Source: Tubulanus polymorphus
Taxonomy: Eukaryota > Animalia > Nemertea
Assembly (NCBI RefSeq): GCF_964204645.1
Contig: NC_134025.1
Location: forward strand, 21,489,101 to 21,553,100
Reading direction: 5' to 3'
Length of the DNA: 64,000 nt
In this document: piece by piece, positions 13,540-30,859 of the stretch
How the letters are laid out: each line of letters begins with the position of its first letter
Position numbering within the stretch: position 1 is the stretch's first letter
Notes under the pieces: model-generated
The model's input: the letters and a program-made list of their open reading frames with translations, nothing else
Database searches by the model: none
What the model was told of the DNA's origin: nothing
Program-made: the position numbers and the translations under genes

Positions 13540-14350
13540 AAGATGACCGATACCCTCCATCCTTGATAAGGTTGGACATCTAACCTCACCCAATCCTCAC
13601 ATAAAGTTTCAGAAAAAGCGATCAATAAATGCAAATTGAAACGTGCGAGACGCACGTGCTACAAATCAGTGAATAATTACCAAGGTAAGTACTAGAATCC
13701 TCAGGCAAATACGATTAAAAACCAAAATACAAACAAGAGCTTATATACTGAGAAATGAGAATATGTTTTCTTTATGAAATTTTGGATGTGCGCCTATCAA
13801 CACCTACATCAATCTTATTTGTTCAAGTTTGGAATTTCAATCAATACTCGCTATTTTTGACGACAAACTAAAGACTGATTGAATTGCGCATGAGGTGAGC
13901 TGTCATTTTTGTTCGATGTTGCAATGCCATTCTTAAATTGGTCATACGACCATATACAATCAGTTCAGATACCAGCGATTGTAGCCGACGTAAGTGGGAA
14001 GGAACTGGTGGGAAGTCATGCCCGGCCAGTCGCTGGGAATCAAGCGCAGCCAACATAAGACGGGCTACGATCACGTTTCTTCTTGGATGAGTCGGTATCG
14101 GCCATGTCACCGCTCCAAAAACTAGCCTTAAAAATCCTGTTTAACTGTCAGCTAAAATTGTCGATACTAACGAATCATTTTGCCTAGTTGTGTCCACCCA
14201 AGTTTCTCCGTTACTTAAAACATCCCGAACAATGCAGATCGAGTGGACCATTCACAAGTTCCGACGCCATGATATTGAGAGTGGTTTTGAAAAATGTCAT
14301 CTATTTCAGACTGGACTTCAACAAATAAAATGCTGTAAAATAAATCTGTG

Positions 14351-14356
<6 letters not shown>

Positions 14357-14443
<87 letters not shown>

Positions 14444-14458
14444 CACACACATATATAT
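14357..14458. repeat. Long (TA)n microsatellite
   Basis: Direct reading; followed by a poly-G run at about 14509-14524. Confidence 0.95.
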
Positions 14459-17329
14459 CCTTCGAATAAATTTAACAGCTACCACTATTGTATCTAATTA
14501 GTAAGGATCGGGGGGGGGGGGGGGCTAATAATCCATCTTCAATTTCCAGCTGCTCTGGAACAGAAATCAGTTGAGGTTTGAAACACTAAATCACATTCTA
14601 GTGCTTGCTGCTTGTACTACTTTAAGTACAAATGGACTGACTAGTAAGCACAGGTAATGTTCAAGATTGGTGTTGCAATGATTGGCTAATTAGCAATGTT
14701 ACATATTGGACACAAATAAACATATGTATTGTATGTTTAGTTTCAGCAGAACCTAATTGCAGCAGTACTGCGATAACGGGATTGTTCAAAAGGCAGTTCG
14801 AATCTAATCTGCGCCGAGATACTGATTTTCTATGCAGTAATCGCATTTTAATGGGTTTCATCGCTAGTTACATGAAAGGAAATCAGAATCAAGATAATAA
14901 TCGAACTGTCATAATAAACTTATATATCCCCGATATTGCGGGTTTCACTTATCAACTTATAAACTGAGAATGTGTCAGTCTACCACTCGAATTGAGATCA
15001 GTTATAACAACAAAATATTTTTTCCGGGTAGAACACCGACCACACAGTAAGAAATTGCTAGAAGGTTTTTAATTTAATTTTCTATTCATTTATTGAGATT
15101 TTTTGGTAAAATATCAACTGACGCGATAGTCAGAGACTAGCCCCATGATTTTCACTAAGCTAAGTATTATGTTAGATATAGAGGAAATTACAACAAGACA
15201 TTGTATGTACAACACTCCTTCATTAGCGGAAACAATAACAATATTCATACAACCTCAGTGTAGACAGACTTTAAAGATTTCTCCGGCTACTGATCAATTA
15301 TCGATTATTCGAGATCAATACTATACGACCGGTCAGGCTATTGAATCACCTCATGGCCCCAGCGGGTTAGATGACGATATATAATACGGCGGAAATGGGG
15401 CAAAATTTTGAAATGATAATTGTTTTAAATTGGTTTCGAATAAAGCTGTTTATGAACTGTGGTATAAGAGACATAGGCCTAACATTATTTCATTCGTCGG
15501 TGGGAGTGGGATAATGGGAGTGTGTGAAATACTGCTAGAGATAGTCTTTAGAATTATGAAACGGTTTGATTGAATACAAAGTCTGCAAATGTCTGCTTTT
15601 TCAGTGCAAAATTTGCAGAGTGGTATTTTCCATGGATCTACATCATCATGCTGTCTTGCACCCGAGCGAACTGTCGGAATTAATTAGACCTAATTAATGT
15701 GGTGGGTGAAAAATCCGAAATGGTTTTTATGACGCGGCATTATTCCAGTTAGCCTACCACAAGGGTCACCCTCTATATATCATCAGATATACTGATAAAA
15801 ATAACAAAATGATTGCGTTAAGTTTAAGATTAGGGTTGGGAAAGGGTTAAGGGGGTTTATTTTCAGGGGCGGATCCAGTCAAGTGTCTAAAAGAACAGGT
15901 CAATGATGACAGATTTTCAAGATTCTGGTGGATTATAAATTAGGCTAAGTCACAGCGTATAAGTTTCTTCACCCAGTCCTGAGTGGCCAGTTTGTGGTGC
16001 TCCATATACTGCGAATACAAAAAGCTCATGTGAACCACCCACCGCCCAGTCACGTAGATGTTATGCGCGGTTGTTATTTATAGGGGTCGCATTAGCAATG
16101 AACCCCCGACACTATAAGGTTCTCAGTGTAAAAGTCAGGTGCGTTGGAAGCAATTTTTGATTGCTTCGGCCAAATACCGCTTTTGGACAGGTTTTAAATA
16201 TTGCTGCGGCGATTTTACTTAATTTTCTTCAAAAACGTGGTATTCAAAGAAAAACGCCACTGACAGTATCAAGAAAATATAGGCCTACCGCATTCCAGGA
16301 GGTACATTGATTGACATCAACGACCGTAACGCGTCGCTTGTATCCCAAGTACCAACCACCACTCTCTACAAGCATACTGCATAGTAGCCAGATGCGAGTC
16401 ATGAGGGTCCCTGACCACACACCGACCGGACCGGGGGTTAAATACATGTGTGGGAGGGTGCCGGTGGTGGACTACAAACAAGCTTAGCAAGCACAAGCAG
16501 CGGGCAGGCCCTCTCTCTCTTAAAAAACAACTTACAAGTTACATTGACAATAATATATGTGACGTGAATTACCTGATTTAGCCGATTCAATAATTCGTTA
16601 CGCTCTGTTATTCAAATACAAAAACGATACACTGGCGCTCAGTTTTCCCTTCTCTAAGGCATGAAGTGCGGGACTAAAACATCATCGAAGCGTGAAGTAA
16701 AAAAATTTGACATCCTCGGCCCGCAGCGACATGTAAACAACCATTTCATTGGTCGAGTACAACCGACGTCATAGATTCTGCTAGGTGGCGCCACCCGCCG
16801 ATCAAAAAATAAATCTAATTTAATCAAGCACTTGGTACCCAATTGGAAATCTGTAATATTTGAAATCAAATAAAAACCCCATATTTTAGTATTCTCACTT
16901 TCATGCAGAAATTGAAAATTAGAAGCAAATTCCATATATGTAAAAGCGAAACCCACGCCACAGATTTCCTCATTTCTGTCCCATGCCTAAGTCCATTAAT
17001 TATCAGATCATCGCTGGCTCTCCTGACCCTTTACAGTGTTTAGAAAACCTGGCTTTATTCTACAAATTCATATATTTTACATTGATTCTAGGCGTTCGAT
17101 CAAAATCCTCAGGTATAGAAATAGAATGCCAAATGAACTCGGAAGAAATTATATCAATTATGAGATTGCAGTTTCTCATTTATTTATACATTATTTATAC
17201 ATACATATTCACAAGATTTTACACAATTCCTCTTTTTTTTCCATTTAAATAGAAAAATAGCTTACAGTAATAAAAACTGTTAAATTGTTATACCAATTGG
17301 AGATTTCATTGGATCCAGTTTCATGGATG

Positions 17330-17504
17330 CAGTGGAACCTCGTTACAACAAAGTTTATGGGGCCAGAAAATATGTTTGTTATAACCAATAGTTCATTATA
17401 TCCAGTATGAAAATTACTTAAATTTTCCTTTTTTGGATGATAATCTAGGTTTGTAATAACCAATAAATCATTTCATCAGAGGTCATTAAAAAGAGGTTCC
17501 ACTG
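17330..17504. mobile_element. Tc1/mariner (pogo-type) MITE
   Basis: TIR CAGTGGAACCTC...GAGGTTCCACTG followed by TA. Related fragments at about 32205-32355, 49460-49790 and 51377-51450. Confidence 0.7.
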
Positions 17505-17753
17505 TAGATTTTAACGGTCAAATTGTTGTTGCGCGTTGAAAACATGTTGCAACCAAAAGCAACTCAAACTGAAAGTAGGCCCTGTTTGACTTTTTTCGGA
17601 AGAGCCAGTCCTGGAATAGCTCAAGACAAAGTAATACTTAAATTACGACTTATCAAAGAATTTACATCTAAGATCTAAGAGTTTCATAGACTTTTTTGAA
17701 AAGCTGCAGGTCCCAACCAAAAAATTAAGATTTATGTAGTAATATTGCAAATG

Positions 17754-20726
<2,973 letters not shown>

Positions 20727-21225
20727 ATTACACGCGACAATTGGCAACCTGAAATAGAAAAAATAATTTCATCAAATACTAATTAGCGGTACCAGTGGAA
20801 CATTATTAGTCTATCGACTGGCAAGGCATCACATGGGACTCAGCCATGGTTTGACATAGTTTCGAAAACTTGTGGCGCGAATCAGATGCCTGTTTTGTAT
20901 AGGCCTAGGCCTAATCGCTGAGGTAAATTCCAAGGATAACTTGGAATAACCCGGGCTAAACTAAAACTCAGTTCTCAACAAATCACCCGAATTTTCTTAG
21001 TCGCGCACGAGAGCAGGCACGATGATGTTATTGTTAGGCCTATAGTTAGCCAATCAGAACGAGTTGTCAGCAAGATAGTGTTAACAGGAATGATGCTGCA
21101 TTGGCAAAATATCACCTCCCTATTTGGAAATCCAAAAATGAAAATCTACTATTACACACTACTGATGACGGACTTACTGACACACGACGTCGTCGACACG
21201 ACAGACAACACCAACAACAACTTAC

Positions 21226-21758
21226 ACCTTCTCTTCTATTTTTTGTAAAAAAGACCAAATTATTTCGACATGGATTTTTCTACGATCTTGACAACGGTAT
21301 CTTCATAACGGGAACAATAATTAGAACTCATTCAGTTGGAAAAAGAATGGCGTTGTTGACTAAATAATTATTAATTGGTGAAATTAGTAAAGAACCTCTC
21401 GCAGTCTGAAAATTTGACAGTTGAAAATTGCACCATGTCAATCGTGGCTCGATTGAATTCAATTCAATTAATTTTAATGGAAAAAGAACTCTGACAGCAA
21501 AGACCGCTCAAAATATTATATAAGAAAATTGAAAATATTCTATGACTAATTAATTTAGCCACACATAAGCATCGATTAATTATAAATGGAAATGAATAGT
21601 CTCGAGATCACGTTAGTTCACGCGCAGCGCAACGAGATTTCCTACACACACGTCAAGCAGCCATTGGTCCATAGCCGCGAATCGAGCGATTTGTGTCGGT
21701 GTTTCTGTAGTTTTTTTTCAGCGGCTGAGTACTCCCGAGTATCCGATTAAAGGAGAAA
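21226..21758. promoter_or_regulatory. Putative bidirectional promoter and 5' UTR region shared by ATG5 and ERP44
   Basis: Only about 530 bp between the inferred ATG5 5'UTR donor (21225) and the ERP44 ATG (21759). Contains TGACGTG (minus strand, 21649-21655) and CCAAT (minus strand, 21663-21667). TSSs are not known. Confidence 0.6.
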
Positions 21759-24700
21759 ATGCAGCTGCCTTGTACTGCTGTCAAATCGGCGCCGTTTAGA
21801 GTATTGTTATTGCTGGTAAATATGTTTAAAATGTGAAAATGTCCTGATATTTAATTCATTTCCGGCTTTCCAGCGGTCTGTCTTCTACTAATTTCCGTTA
21901 AAATGCCGGTCAACCGATCATTAGCCCTGTGCTCAATTGACTTCGTCCGTTGTGATATTGAAGACTTTGTTAGCTGTCATGCTGACCAGAGCCAAGCGCT
22001 GAAACTCGAGGAGAGGGTGAAATGGGCTTTGCCATTGCGCCCCTGGCCCTGCCTGTTGTCGAATTCTGTTTCCATCATATCGTCAATATTTGGCAATATG
22101 GTGTGATTTGCAGATGAGAAAATTTGGTCTAGCTGCCTTTAGGTCACTTTCCTGCTCTTGCCCTAGTGTTTCTAAGGATTTTGGTATGGTTAGGTTAGGT
22201 AAGGTTAGGTTAGGTACACCATTGCAGTCATTCTGAAAATAGTCGGGTAGGCCTATGATAGTGAAGTAGGCCTATGACCAAACCTGCGTAATTGGTGGTT
22301 AAGGTTATGTCTATTTGGATGAATTACTGTATTGTAAGTACCCGTTGATTTGGTCATTCTAACGAACACAGTTATTGGGTAGGCCTATTATTGGTTTCTG
22401 TGGCATAGATCAGGAGCACCAGAGCTGCCCCGGCCACCCCTAAACATTACTGGTACCAACTATTTTTTGGATCCATCTTCAGCCAGTCTCACTGGCTTAT
22501 TACGAGCCAGATTTATCATTCAGTCTCTGTATAGGCCTACAATATTCCGAAGCGCTCAAGATTATTGTGAGTTATTGAACAGACCTCTTTAGTTGACAGA
22601 GAGCCAGGTGCACAGTCAAGGCATGAATTTGAGATAAGTCTTGTTCTATAGAGGTATTACACGCATTGTCACCGTGTGTTTTATTGATCGTCGAGTGCAA
22701 GTTGCCATCTTATCAAAAAGTCATTTGGCTAATGACACTTGTGAATAATATGTCATGTCCGTTCAATACCTCTTAGCTAATCAAACAACTTTAAGACCAG
22801 TCTTACATATTAAAAAGACCACTTTTGGACATAAGTTACACCTGTGCTGCATCGCATCAGGACGTAAGCTAGTGAGTCGTTCAGTTGCTGTAGTAAAAAG
22901 ACAAAAACCAGTTTGCAACCATCAACTGTAAGTCGAACTGATAGACTCTCGGATCTAAATCCATGTAGGCCTTATAATTGTGTATGTGCCACTAGTACAA
23001 CAAGGGCTTAAAAGTGTCTAAGCCTCTTATAGCCTAGATGTTTTTCAAATGCTACAGCTGCGCCAGGTTTTCATTCGATTCCTTTTTCGTTTTCTAGGCA
23101 ACGTTATGGCAGCTACCTCCATCATCATCGAGTTCAGCTTTACAAATAACTAACGAAAACCATCAAGATATTTTAAGTAAGTTAAATGATCAAAACATAA
23201 TTGAATCCATACCGGGCAGACCTTATTTTTTAACCTGCCATAAATCGCATTTTCGTGATTAACGTATGAACAATGAATTGTAGAAATAGCCTACTTATCC
23301 TCTCAGCGGATCAAAAATTTCATTAGCCTCACTATGTGGAACTAATTAAAACTGGTCGTATTGATTTATTTTGTGAGGACCATATTAGCTTAGAATCGAC
23401 AGGAACCAAGCCCTGATAAGAAGATTTGGTTATTACTCAGACTTATATGTAGATAATTGATAGATATAGTCCTGCCTACCAAGCAACATGAACAATTTCA
23501 ACACCACAGATAAATACAGACGGATTTTGATTCACTAGTAAATAGGGAACAAGTAGTTGATCGATATTTCACTGAACAGCTGGGCAGGTGCACCACGTAG
23601 CCATTGCCTGAACTAATGTTAATATAGTTTATAGATTTCTATGGTGATGTATGATATCATTATGTTGTACTTTGGCGGAAATTGAATTGTTAGATATTTG
23701 CGCAGTCCCTTATCATTATTCAATTGAACTGTTTTGATGGCATAATTTATCACACCTTTTTCACACTTATTTTGTCATGCATTACTTATGTTTCAGATAA
23801 TTATGAATTGGTCTTCATGAACTTCTATGCTGATTGGTACGTTGTCGATTTAGAATGATTTGAAATCAACAATTTTCGACACTCATATCCCACATGCAGA
23901 ATAGACCTACTGATGGATGAACAAATTGTTTAATTTTCAATATAGGCCTTACAATGTTTAATATAAACAAACAATTTGAAGGGCTTGAATATGGGCAAAT
24001 TCGATCCACAGCAAAAGTATCATAGTTTGCTGCGGGTTGCCTTGGGCTGCTTTTATAGACCAGTTCTAAATCACCCTAGGTTTCAACCCTGGTCACGCGA
24101 ACCTTCATAGAGCCATTTTGACTTAAAAACAATAACATGTTCATTCATTGGCAAGCAGTTTTTGTACAGTGAATGTTTTGATATTACCAGGGATTCTAGG
24201 ACACTCCCCTAGAACAATTGCCCCCCCCCCTCATTTTTCAATGTGTAGAAGATTGTAGTTCATTTTCCAAATCAGAAGAAACCTTATGATTAGCAATTAC
24301 CTGTTGGTGACATAGTTAGTGATCTGTTACTTTAGCCATTCAGGGTGCAGTTCTTGAAAAAGTTTTTGAATCAAGGTGTCGCTTCAATCCACAAAGATCA
24401 CCTTGTAGATAATAAGAATTTAAGAAACAAATGGGATGATCTGATACCGTCATCAGGAGACATGAGTCTAGTCTAACTTTTCTTTTGTTCTAGGTGTCGA
24501 TTCAGCCAGATGCTGCAGCCAGTTTTTGATGAAGCCGCTAAGAAAGTTACGGAAGAATTTCGGGTATGTATCTCACAGATTCGTAGCACTATCCGTTTGA
24601 CGAAAAACGAATATCAAATGAATCTGTTACGCCTGATCTATGATCAGATAAAACTACCAAACTTAAAATGTTCAACAGAAGTATTTCATTATTGAAAGTT

Positions 24701-27700
24701 CTTTGCATTTGAAATAGAAAAAAAACATGTCTAACGTTAAACTTGGATTGTCTTTTATATTTTTTGCAGGATCCTGGAAAGGTTGTTTTTGCAAAAGTCG
24801 ATTGCGATAATCAACGTAAGTAACATTAAATCATGTAGGGTTTGGTAGAATGTGTGACTTATGTAAACTATGTGTAGGTCAGATCAGTGTTTTGTCGGAT
24901 TAAGCCACGAGTTGAGAAAAAATGTTAGGTTCTTTATTTTGCAAATTGATTTCTGTCCCAAAACCTGCCCCAGTTATTTATTAGATGGTGTGAATATTGA
25001 GAAATGTTTTAAGTCAAAGGCCTGAATGAACAATGATTTCTGTATCATCGATATAAATGATATAACAAGCTCAAAATAGATCTATGACTCATATAGGCCT
25101 CAAGCTCTGCAGGCGTAATATGAAATAAATTGTTGCATGATATACTGTTTATTTTCAAGCAGTTATTTTGATTAAAAGGTTTACAGATAATGCTATACCC
25201 GAGTGGGTAGGGTGTATTCTGGTCGAAAAGATGCATCAGAAGTGTAATTCTAGAATTGCTTGAAAACCAATTATGAAACCTGCCTTAAACTTGGGTTACT
25301 GAATTATGGTTTAAAAGAAAAAATGAAAAATGTATTTGCGATTTTTACAGCTGGAATCTCTCAACAGTACAAAGTGAGTAAGTATCCGACGTTGAAGCTC
25401 GTACGGCATGGCGTGCCCGTTAAGAAAGAATACAGAGGCCAAAGATCTGCAGAGGCCTTGCGTCAGTTTATCAAGGAGCAGCTAGCCGACCCGATCATCG
25501 AACATAAATCACTCGATGAACTTGACACCATAGATGTAAGTTTTCATAGGACGGTCAAATTACCTATGAATTCGATAAGAACTTTATCATTTTTTCGATC
25601 ATATTTTTCGAAGTTACCAACACTGGAAACTGGAATAATCGTTAATAATTGTTGTGCGTCGTTGATGTTGTAGACTAAGAAGAGAAATATAATCGGTTAT
25701 TTCGCTGACAAGGAATCGCCACAGTACAAAACTTACCAGAAAATGGCCAGTTTATTGCGGGACGATTGCTCGTTCCACGCGCTTAATGGGTGCGTATCTT
25801 GGATGATGTTTGTTTCAATTTTTCAGAGCTGCTGAATATTCCTGATTTTGCAAATTGGTTACCCTTTCGCCCAGAGAAATACATGTATTGCAAATATATG
25901 AATTTATTTAATATCCAAGTTTGTAATAGCGAGGATTTAGATAAGCTGACATAACCTGGATTGGAAATTCTATTAGGTAGCTTAAGTATGCTTTAGTATG
26001 TACATATACGATAGAATTTATTTCACCTGTCAACATTATTCATTATTAGCCAGTTATGAATGAGAATTTCATTTTGGCTGATCCGATGCGAGGTGATTTA
26101 AATGAATGTGAATGATATGACGACGGCGATTAGGGACATCATATTGTCGAGGCGTCCTATTCGGTTACTGTCATGCGAATGATTGCATCTGCTCTGATTG
26201 GCAAACATGTGTTCAGTGACAGGTGTTTGATAATGAAATGTACATACTCGTCACTCAGCTAGATATAGCATATGGTCGAGTGTTAGAGTGTTCGACGGTG
26301 GGCAAGTTCGTGGTTTCGAACTCTCCATAAACCCCTAATGCCCCGCTGCAAGAAGCATCTGTATCCTCGTTACCTCACTTTGCTCAGTAGCAAATGGGCT
26401 TTATAAATCACGGCGGTGTATTAATCGGGGATGGACTTCGTTAATGTACACCGCATTGCTGTGTATTGATGTAATTAGTTCATGTAATTACTATTCATCT
26501 GTTATCGAAAGATGGCAGCGCCTGTCAAAATAGGGCGAAGTATTACAATACACCGCACGACAGCGAAGACACGCTATAGTCCTCCATATGCTGGAATTTT
26601 TCAAAATTTTCAAATCATCCCCCGCACTTCAGGGTATTAGCTATTCACCGCTGAAAGCGTTACTGGTAAATCAATATAGAAGTTCATTCTTATCATCAAA
26701 GACTCCAAGCAAGTGCGACAAAAAGGGATGTTTGTTCCAACCAAGGAGGAATCATTGACATCAACAGGTGTAGAATAGGGTTACCCAATTTATTCTCATC
26801 TGGCCTTTCTACAATTGGGTACCTTGGCCTGATCGATCAAGGATCAGAAAATCATTTGTTGATTATAATCTGGTGTGAAATTATTAGAATGAATTACGTA
26901 TTTGGGATGAAATTCTAGGTCTATAACAACCGATAATTCCTTATTGTTCGTCTGAATGAGAGAGTGATATAGGTGTAGGATTCATTTATTTTTGGTTTGT
27001 GGATGCTGTGAGTGTTCTTTGGTCGTTGTTATTATAATGCATAGGTCTACCCAACTCGATAAAGTATATCGTTATGAATGACAGAAATGCAGATTTTTGT
27101 GATAGCATTTGATAGCAACAGTTTCTCTTGAAATTGATGGTTGTTTTCGAGTAATTCTAATAATTTGTTATATTTTCCAGGCCGGCTTCTGAGTCAGAAC
27201 GCAGAACTGGAAATTCCGTCACATACAGACCACCAAATGTAAGTGCAATCCTGCCATTCATGTTCTGAATCATGGCCGCGACTGCATTATTGCCTCAATG
27301 TAGTAGCCACCCCAGTTGCCCGATTACAAAATTACGCGCAAAACCTGCCTCCAAAAGGTCCCAATCCCCCAATCTTTAGATACCGGGTATATCTTTATTC
27401 GACCTTGTAAATTACTATTTAAGTTCAGTCAAAATGGTGTTAATCTTTTAATGATTTGGCTTGCTGATTCACTGCTATCAAAAATACTTCAAAAATGTAT
27501 CAGTTTGGTTTCCTTGTAGGAATATGTAAATGAGTTGTCGGCATTTTTTTTTCCAGACGGAAAGACAAGACCAGTCCTACACCGGACCGCTTGAGAATTT
27601 TGATTCGCTGAAGAATTGGGTGCAGGATAGATGTGTCCCGCTCGTGAGAGAAATTACGTTCGAAAATGCAGAGGTAGCTTCACGCGTCATACATAAATCA

Positions 27701-29710
27701 TAGTAGAATGCATTGTTATTCTCATTCTACCTTAAGCTAGTGACGGACTAGGCGAAATTAACTTAGCAAATCGATTTTCACTGAATTTTGCGTAATGCAC
27801 CAATTTTCTTCTGTAAATCAATTTGCGTGCATCAAGCATGTTCTATATTGTTGTATCTTAGTTGCTGATTGCTAAATTTGAATAGATTTGGCCGAAAAAT
27901 GCGCTACTGAAACATGTTATCATTTGAACGAAGAAATCTGTCTTCATCCCTAATAGTGTCTCCTGCGTCTCCCGAACTTCCAATCCCAGGTGAATTATAC
28001 AGTGAATGATTTGCTGAAGAAATTCGCCTAGTTAGTCACAAGCTTTACTATTCGAGTACGATTTTCAGGTATATTTCAGGTTGATTATTTCAATTCGTTT
28101 GTTTCAGGAACTCACTGAAGAAGGACTTCCATTCATGATACTGTTTTATAATCCGTTGACCGATACGGAAACAATAAAAAAATATACCGACACAGTTGGA
28201 TTACATCTGCTTACGGAGAAAAGTAAGTTTTCGGTAGTTAGAATATGACTTCAGAGTCAAACAATTACATGTAGTGGAAATAAGAGAATTTTAACGCGAG
28301 TAGATTTGAAATTAACTGATCCATTATTCCGCTCCCTAATCAATGACAGACCCTTGACCCTTTCACTGCTGTCTGATTAATACTCGACCAATACATCTAC
28401 TTCCGTATTTGCAGGTTCGATTAACTTTTTAACCGCCGATGGTGCAAAATTTACTCATCCGTTGTACCACCTCGGCAAGAGTCAAAATGATTTACCCGTG
28501 CTAGCAATTGACAGCTTCAGACACATGTATGTGTTCCCTCATGATGTGAAGAGAGATATCGAGTAAGTATAGATCTTGGTGAAACTGATCGGAAATATGA
28601 AATTTATTCATCGAGAAAAAGTTTAGTAATACCGGTATCTAGAAAATTAGCATTTTGTCTATTCTTTGCTGCAGAAATGGCGCTTTGATGAAACAGTTCA
28701 TCGCTGACTTGCATTCTGGCAAATTGCATCGGGAGTTCCATCACGGGCCCGACCCATCTGCCAGCACAACAGAAGCACCTAAATCTCCAGTAAGTTAATT
28801 TTGCTTAATGTCTTCGATTCTAGGGCAATTTATGTCTTGGTAAGAAACATTTTGTTACATTGTTAACTCAGTGCACCAACCGGTATTAGAGAGGGTCTGA
28901 TTGGATGGTTTAAACCATCAGTCTTCCATGTACTACCTTGCGTCAATCCACAGTTAAAACAGACGTGTTCAAATCATGTCGGTGGCAGCGTTTCTTGGTC
29001 GACGGTAATTTGGTTCTCATCCGCCCTAAGGGGAGAAGAGAAACCCTGAACTTGCTAAAATTCCTGAGCGATGCTCAGTGGGTTTAGGGATGAAAGAATT
29101 TTTGGCACAGTGATTGGAGATGTGAAAAATTATCAATCCCTTCAGAGAATTTTAACCACATCAATAATCAGGTCCCTCTAAATTTGATGAATGTCGGTGC
29201 CACGACTTCAAAGGACAAACAGGGAGCATATGTAGCAAGCGCAGCCACCTATTACCGATAATGTATTTTTTTCTTTTCTTTTCTACAAAAATTAACCTAA
29301 AATCGTAAGATAGTAGTAGTCATCTGTGTCTATATTTACTTAAACTGTTTTCAACCACATATAATGTCCTTGGACGATTTGTGGAGAATTTGTCATGTTA
29401 TTTTGTGTGATTATGTATGAAAAAAAGAAAATCTATGGTTAAAAAGATATATTTCATAGCGAGTAATTGCTCGTGAAAACGGATAAATAGAAATTGAAAT
29501 GACTGAAATGTTTCGTCCTTCTGCTCTGGGTTCCGCTCGAAATTTTTCTAAAGCATCATCTTGTTTTTTTAGCAATCAGCAACTGAACACATTCCCAAGG
29601 ATTCGGATAAAGAAGACAATGGCGAGGAGCCAACAACGCCGCCGGAATCGACGTTTAAAAAGCTAGCTCCATCGAAGAATCGTTACACTCTACTCCGCGA
29701 CGAGTTATAG
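21759..29710 (+). CDS. ERP44: Endoplasmic reticulum resident protein 44 (PDI family, 427 aa, 13 exons)
   Basis: Exons 21759-21815, 23098-23176, 23797-23836, 24494-24563, 24770-24815, 25351-25535, 25674-25789, 27181-27238, 27557-27673, 28108-28222, 28415-28562, 28675-28789, 29573-29710 (1284 nt). Signal peptide, NFYADWCRFSQML active-site motif, SKYPTLKL, EYRGQRS, VPLVREITFENAEELTEEGLPF, AIDSFRHMY, DLHSGKLHREFHHGPDP and C-terminal RYTLLRDEL*. Confidence 0.97.
26268..26400 (+). mobile_element. Degenerate tRNA-derived SINE fragment
   Basis: A-box-like TGGTCGAGTG, B-box-like GGTTTCGAAC, then a CORE/V-domain-like segment ending GCAAATGGG; in ERP44 intron 7. Confidence 0.4.
26409..26659 (-). mobile_element. 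piggyBac-like MITE, family A copy 4 (diverged, ERP44 intron 7)
   Basis: Shares GATGGCAGCGCCTGTCAAA and GGAATTTTTCAAAATTTTCAAAT with the other copies; ends CTGAAAGCGTTA. Confidence 0.75.
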
Positions 29711-30859
29711 GATTCGTTTCGTCGTCGTCGCCGTTGCAATCGTCATCGTCATCATCGTCAGTTCATCATCTTTTTCATTGTCGACGTCACTTACAACACG
29801 AGTAAACATTTCGCTGATATTCCGGAACTGGATGCTTCGGTGGGATTTATACTTGAATTCGAGTGAAGCCGTTATTTCATTGTTGAAGAATTTATCATTA
29901 CACGACAAAGATACATAGGGATATATGACAGCGTACCGTGTATTCATATTCATTTCTTGATTGTCGAATGATATGATGATATATACGGACATGAATGCTG
30001 AATTCTCGTCTGCTGTACGTTGAAAAAGACATCGAAAAATAACCGCGTTGAACCTTTGTGCGGTTACGCAGATACAATAAACTCGGCCTTTACATAGAAG
30101 CGTTGGGACTAAATTATAGGTCTTTCCAGACTAATGTTCATATTCGTTAAATTGACTGCCTCAAGCATGAATTGAGCATCGACCGTAAGGAGGAGTCTAC
30201 TATTCATTATCTCTTCTGACCTGCGACTCGCCTTTTAAGAATTAAGTTTATTGCACTGCTGTTGCATATACCACGTTCTTCCTTACTCGGATTTTATTAA
30301 TCGAAGATTTTTTTACGGGAGAATGATTTCTTTTGAAATATGGAGTTCGGCATCTTCACCGGGGTTTGAGCCTGGTGAATACATCGTGACAGCCACAATA
30401 CAAACTCCTTCCACTGGATGTGCTTCTTAAAACATCCTCGAGTACTCGGTTTACTGGGGAAGGTTTTTACGCAGTGGCCGATGTTAGCTTCAAATCCTGC
30501 GAGGGGTAGGGCCTAATCGAGATGGTGTTACATCGGCATAAACGAATCTTCTGATTGTTTGGAAACCTGATATTGAAATTCAGATCAGTTTATTAACATT
30601 TTCTGCAATTCCATTTGAACGAGCACGAGAATAGTCAAGAGAATCTCGTTATTCTATGTATTCTCTGGCTTAGTGTATAATCGGGCTAGTCAGCCTGAGA
30701 ATACCGGGCTTTTGTTTGAAAACGTTGATTATAATGTGGTACTGTAATAGTTAGTGACTGATACCTTCATATATAAATGATCTCACGTGATTACCGGTAA
30801 ATGCGCTGTGGAAAGAAAGGTTTGGTGGCTTTTAAAAGTGTTCATTCTATTATATTTAA

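Noticed and set aside
13860-14115. Minus-strand MADTDSSKKKRDRSPSY... start and the overlapping 80-aa ORF
   Set aside because: Stops after about 21 codons. It may be a decayed transposon fragment, but I cannot assign a family.
14190-14501. ORFs with IYIYIY runs (also 6798-6995)
   Set aside because: Read-through of (TA)n microsatellites.
20895-22545. Frequent TAGGCCTA palindromes
   Set aside because: Scattered through the whole window with no spacing pattern; more likely a genome-wide compositional feature than a local element.
30781-30792. TCACGTGA (CLEAR/TFEB-like E-box) as a regulator of the autophagy cluster
   Set aside because: A single site about 1 kb downstream of the ERP44 stop, not in either divergent promoter region; I saw no CLEAR site there.
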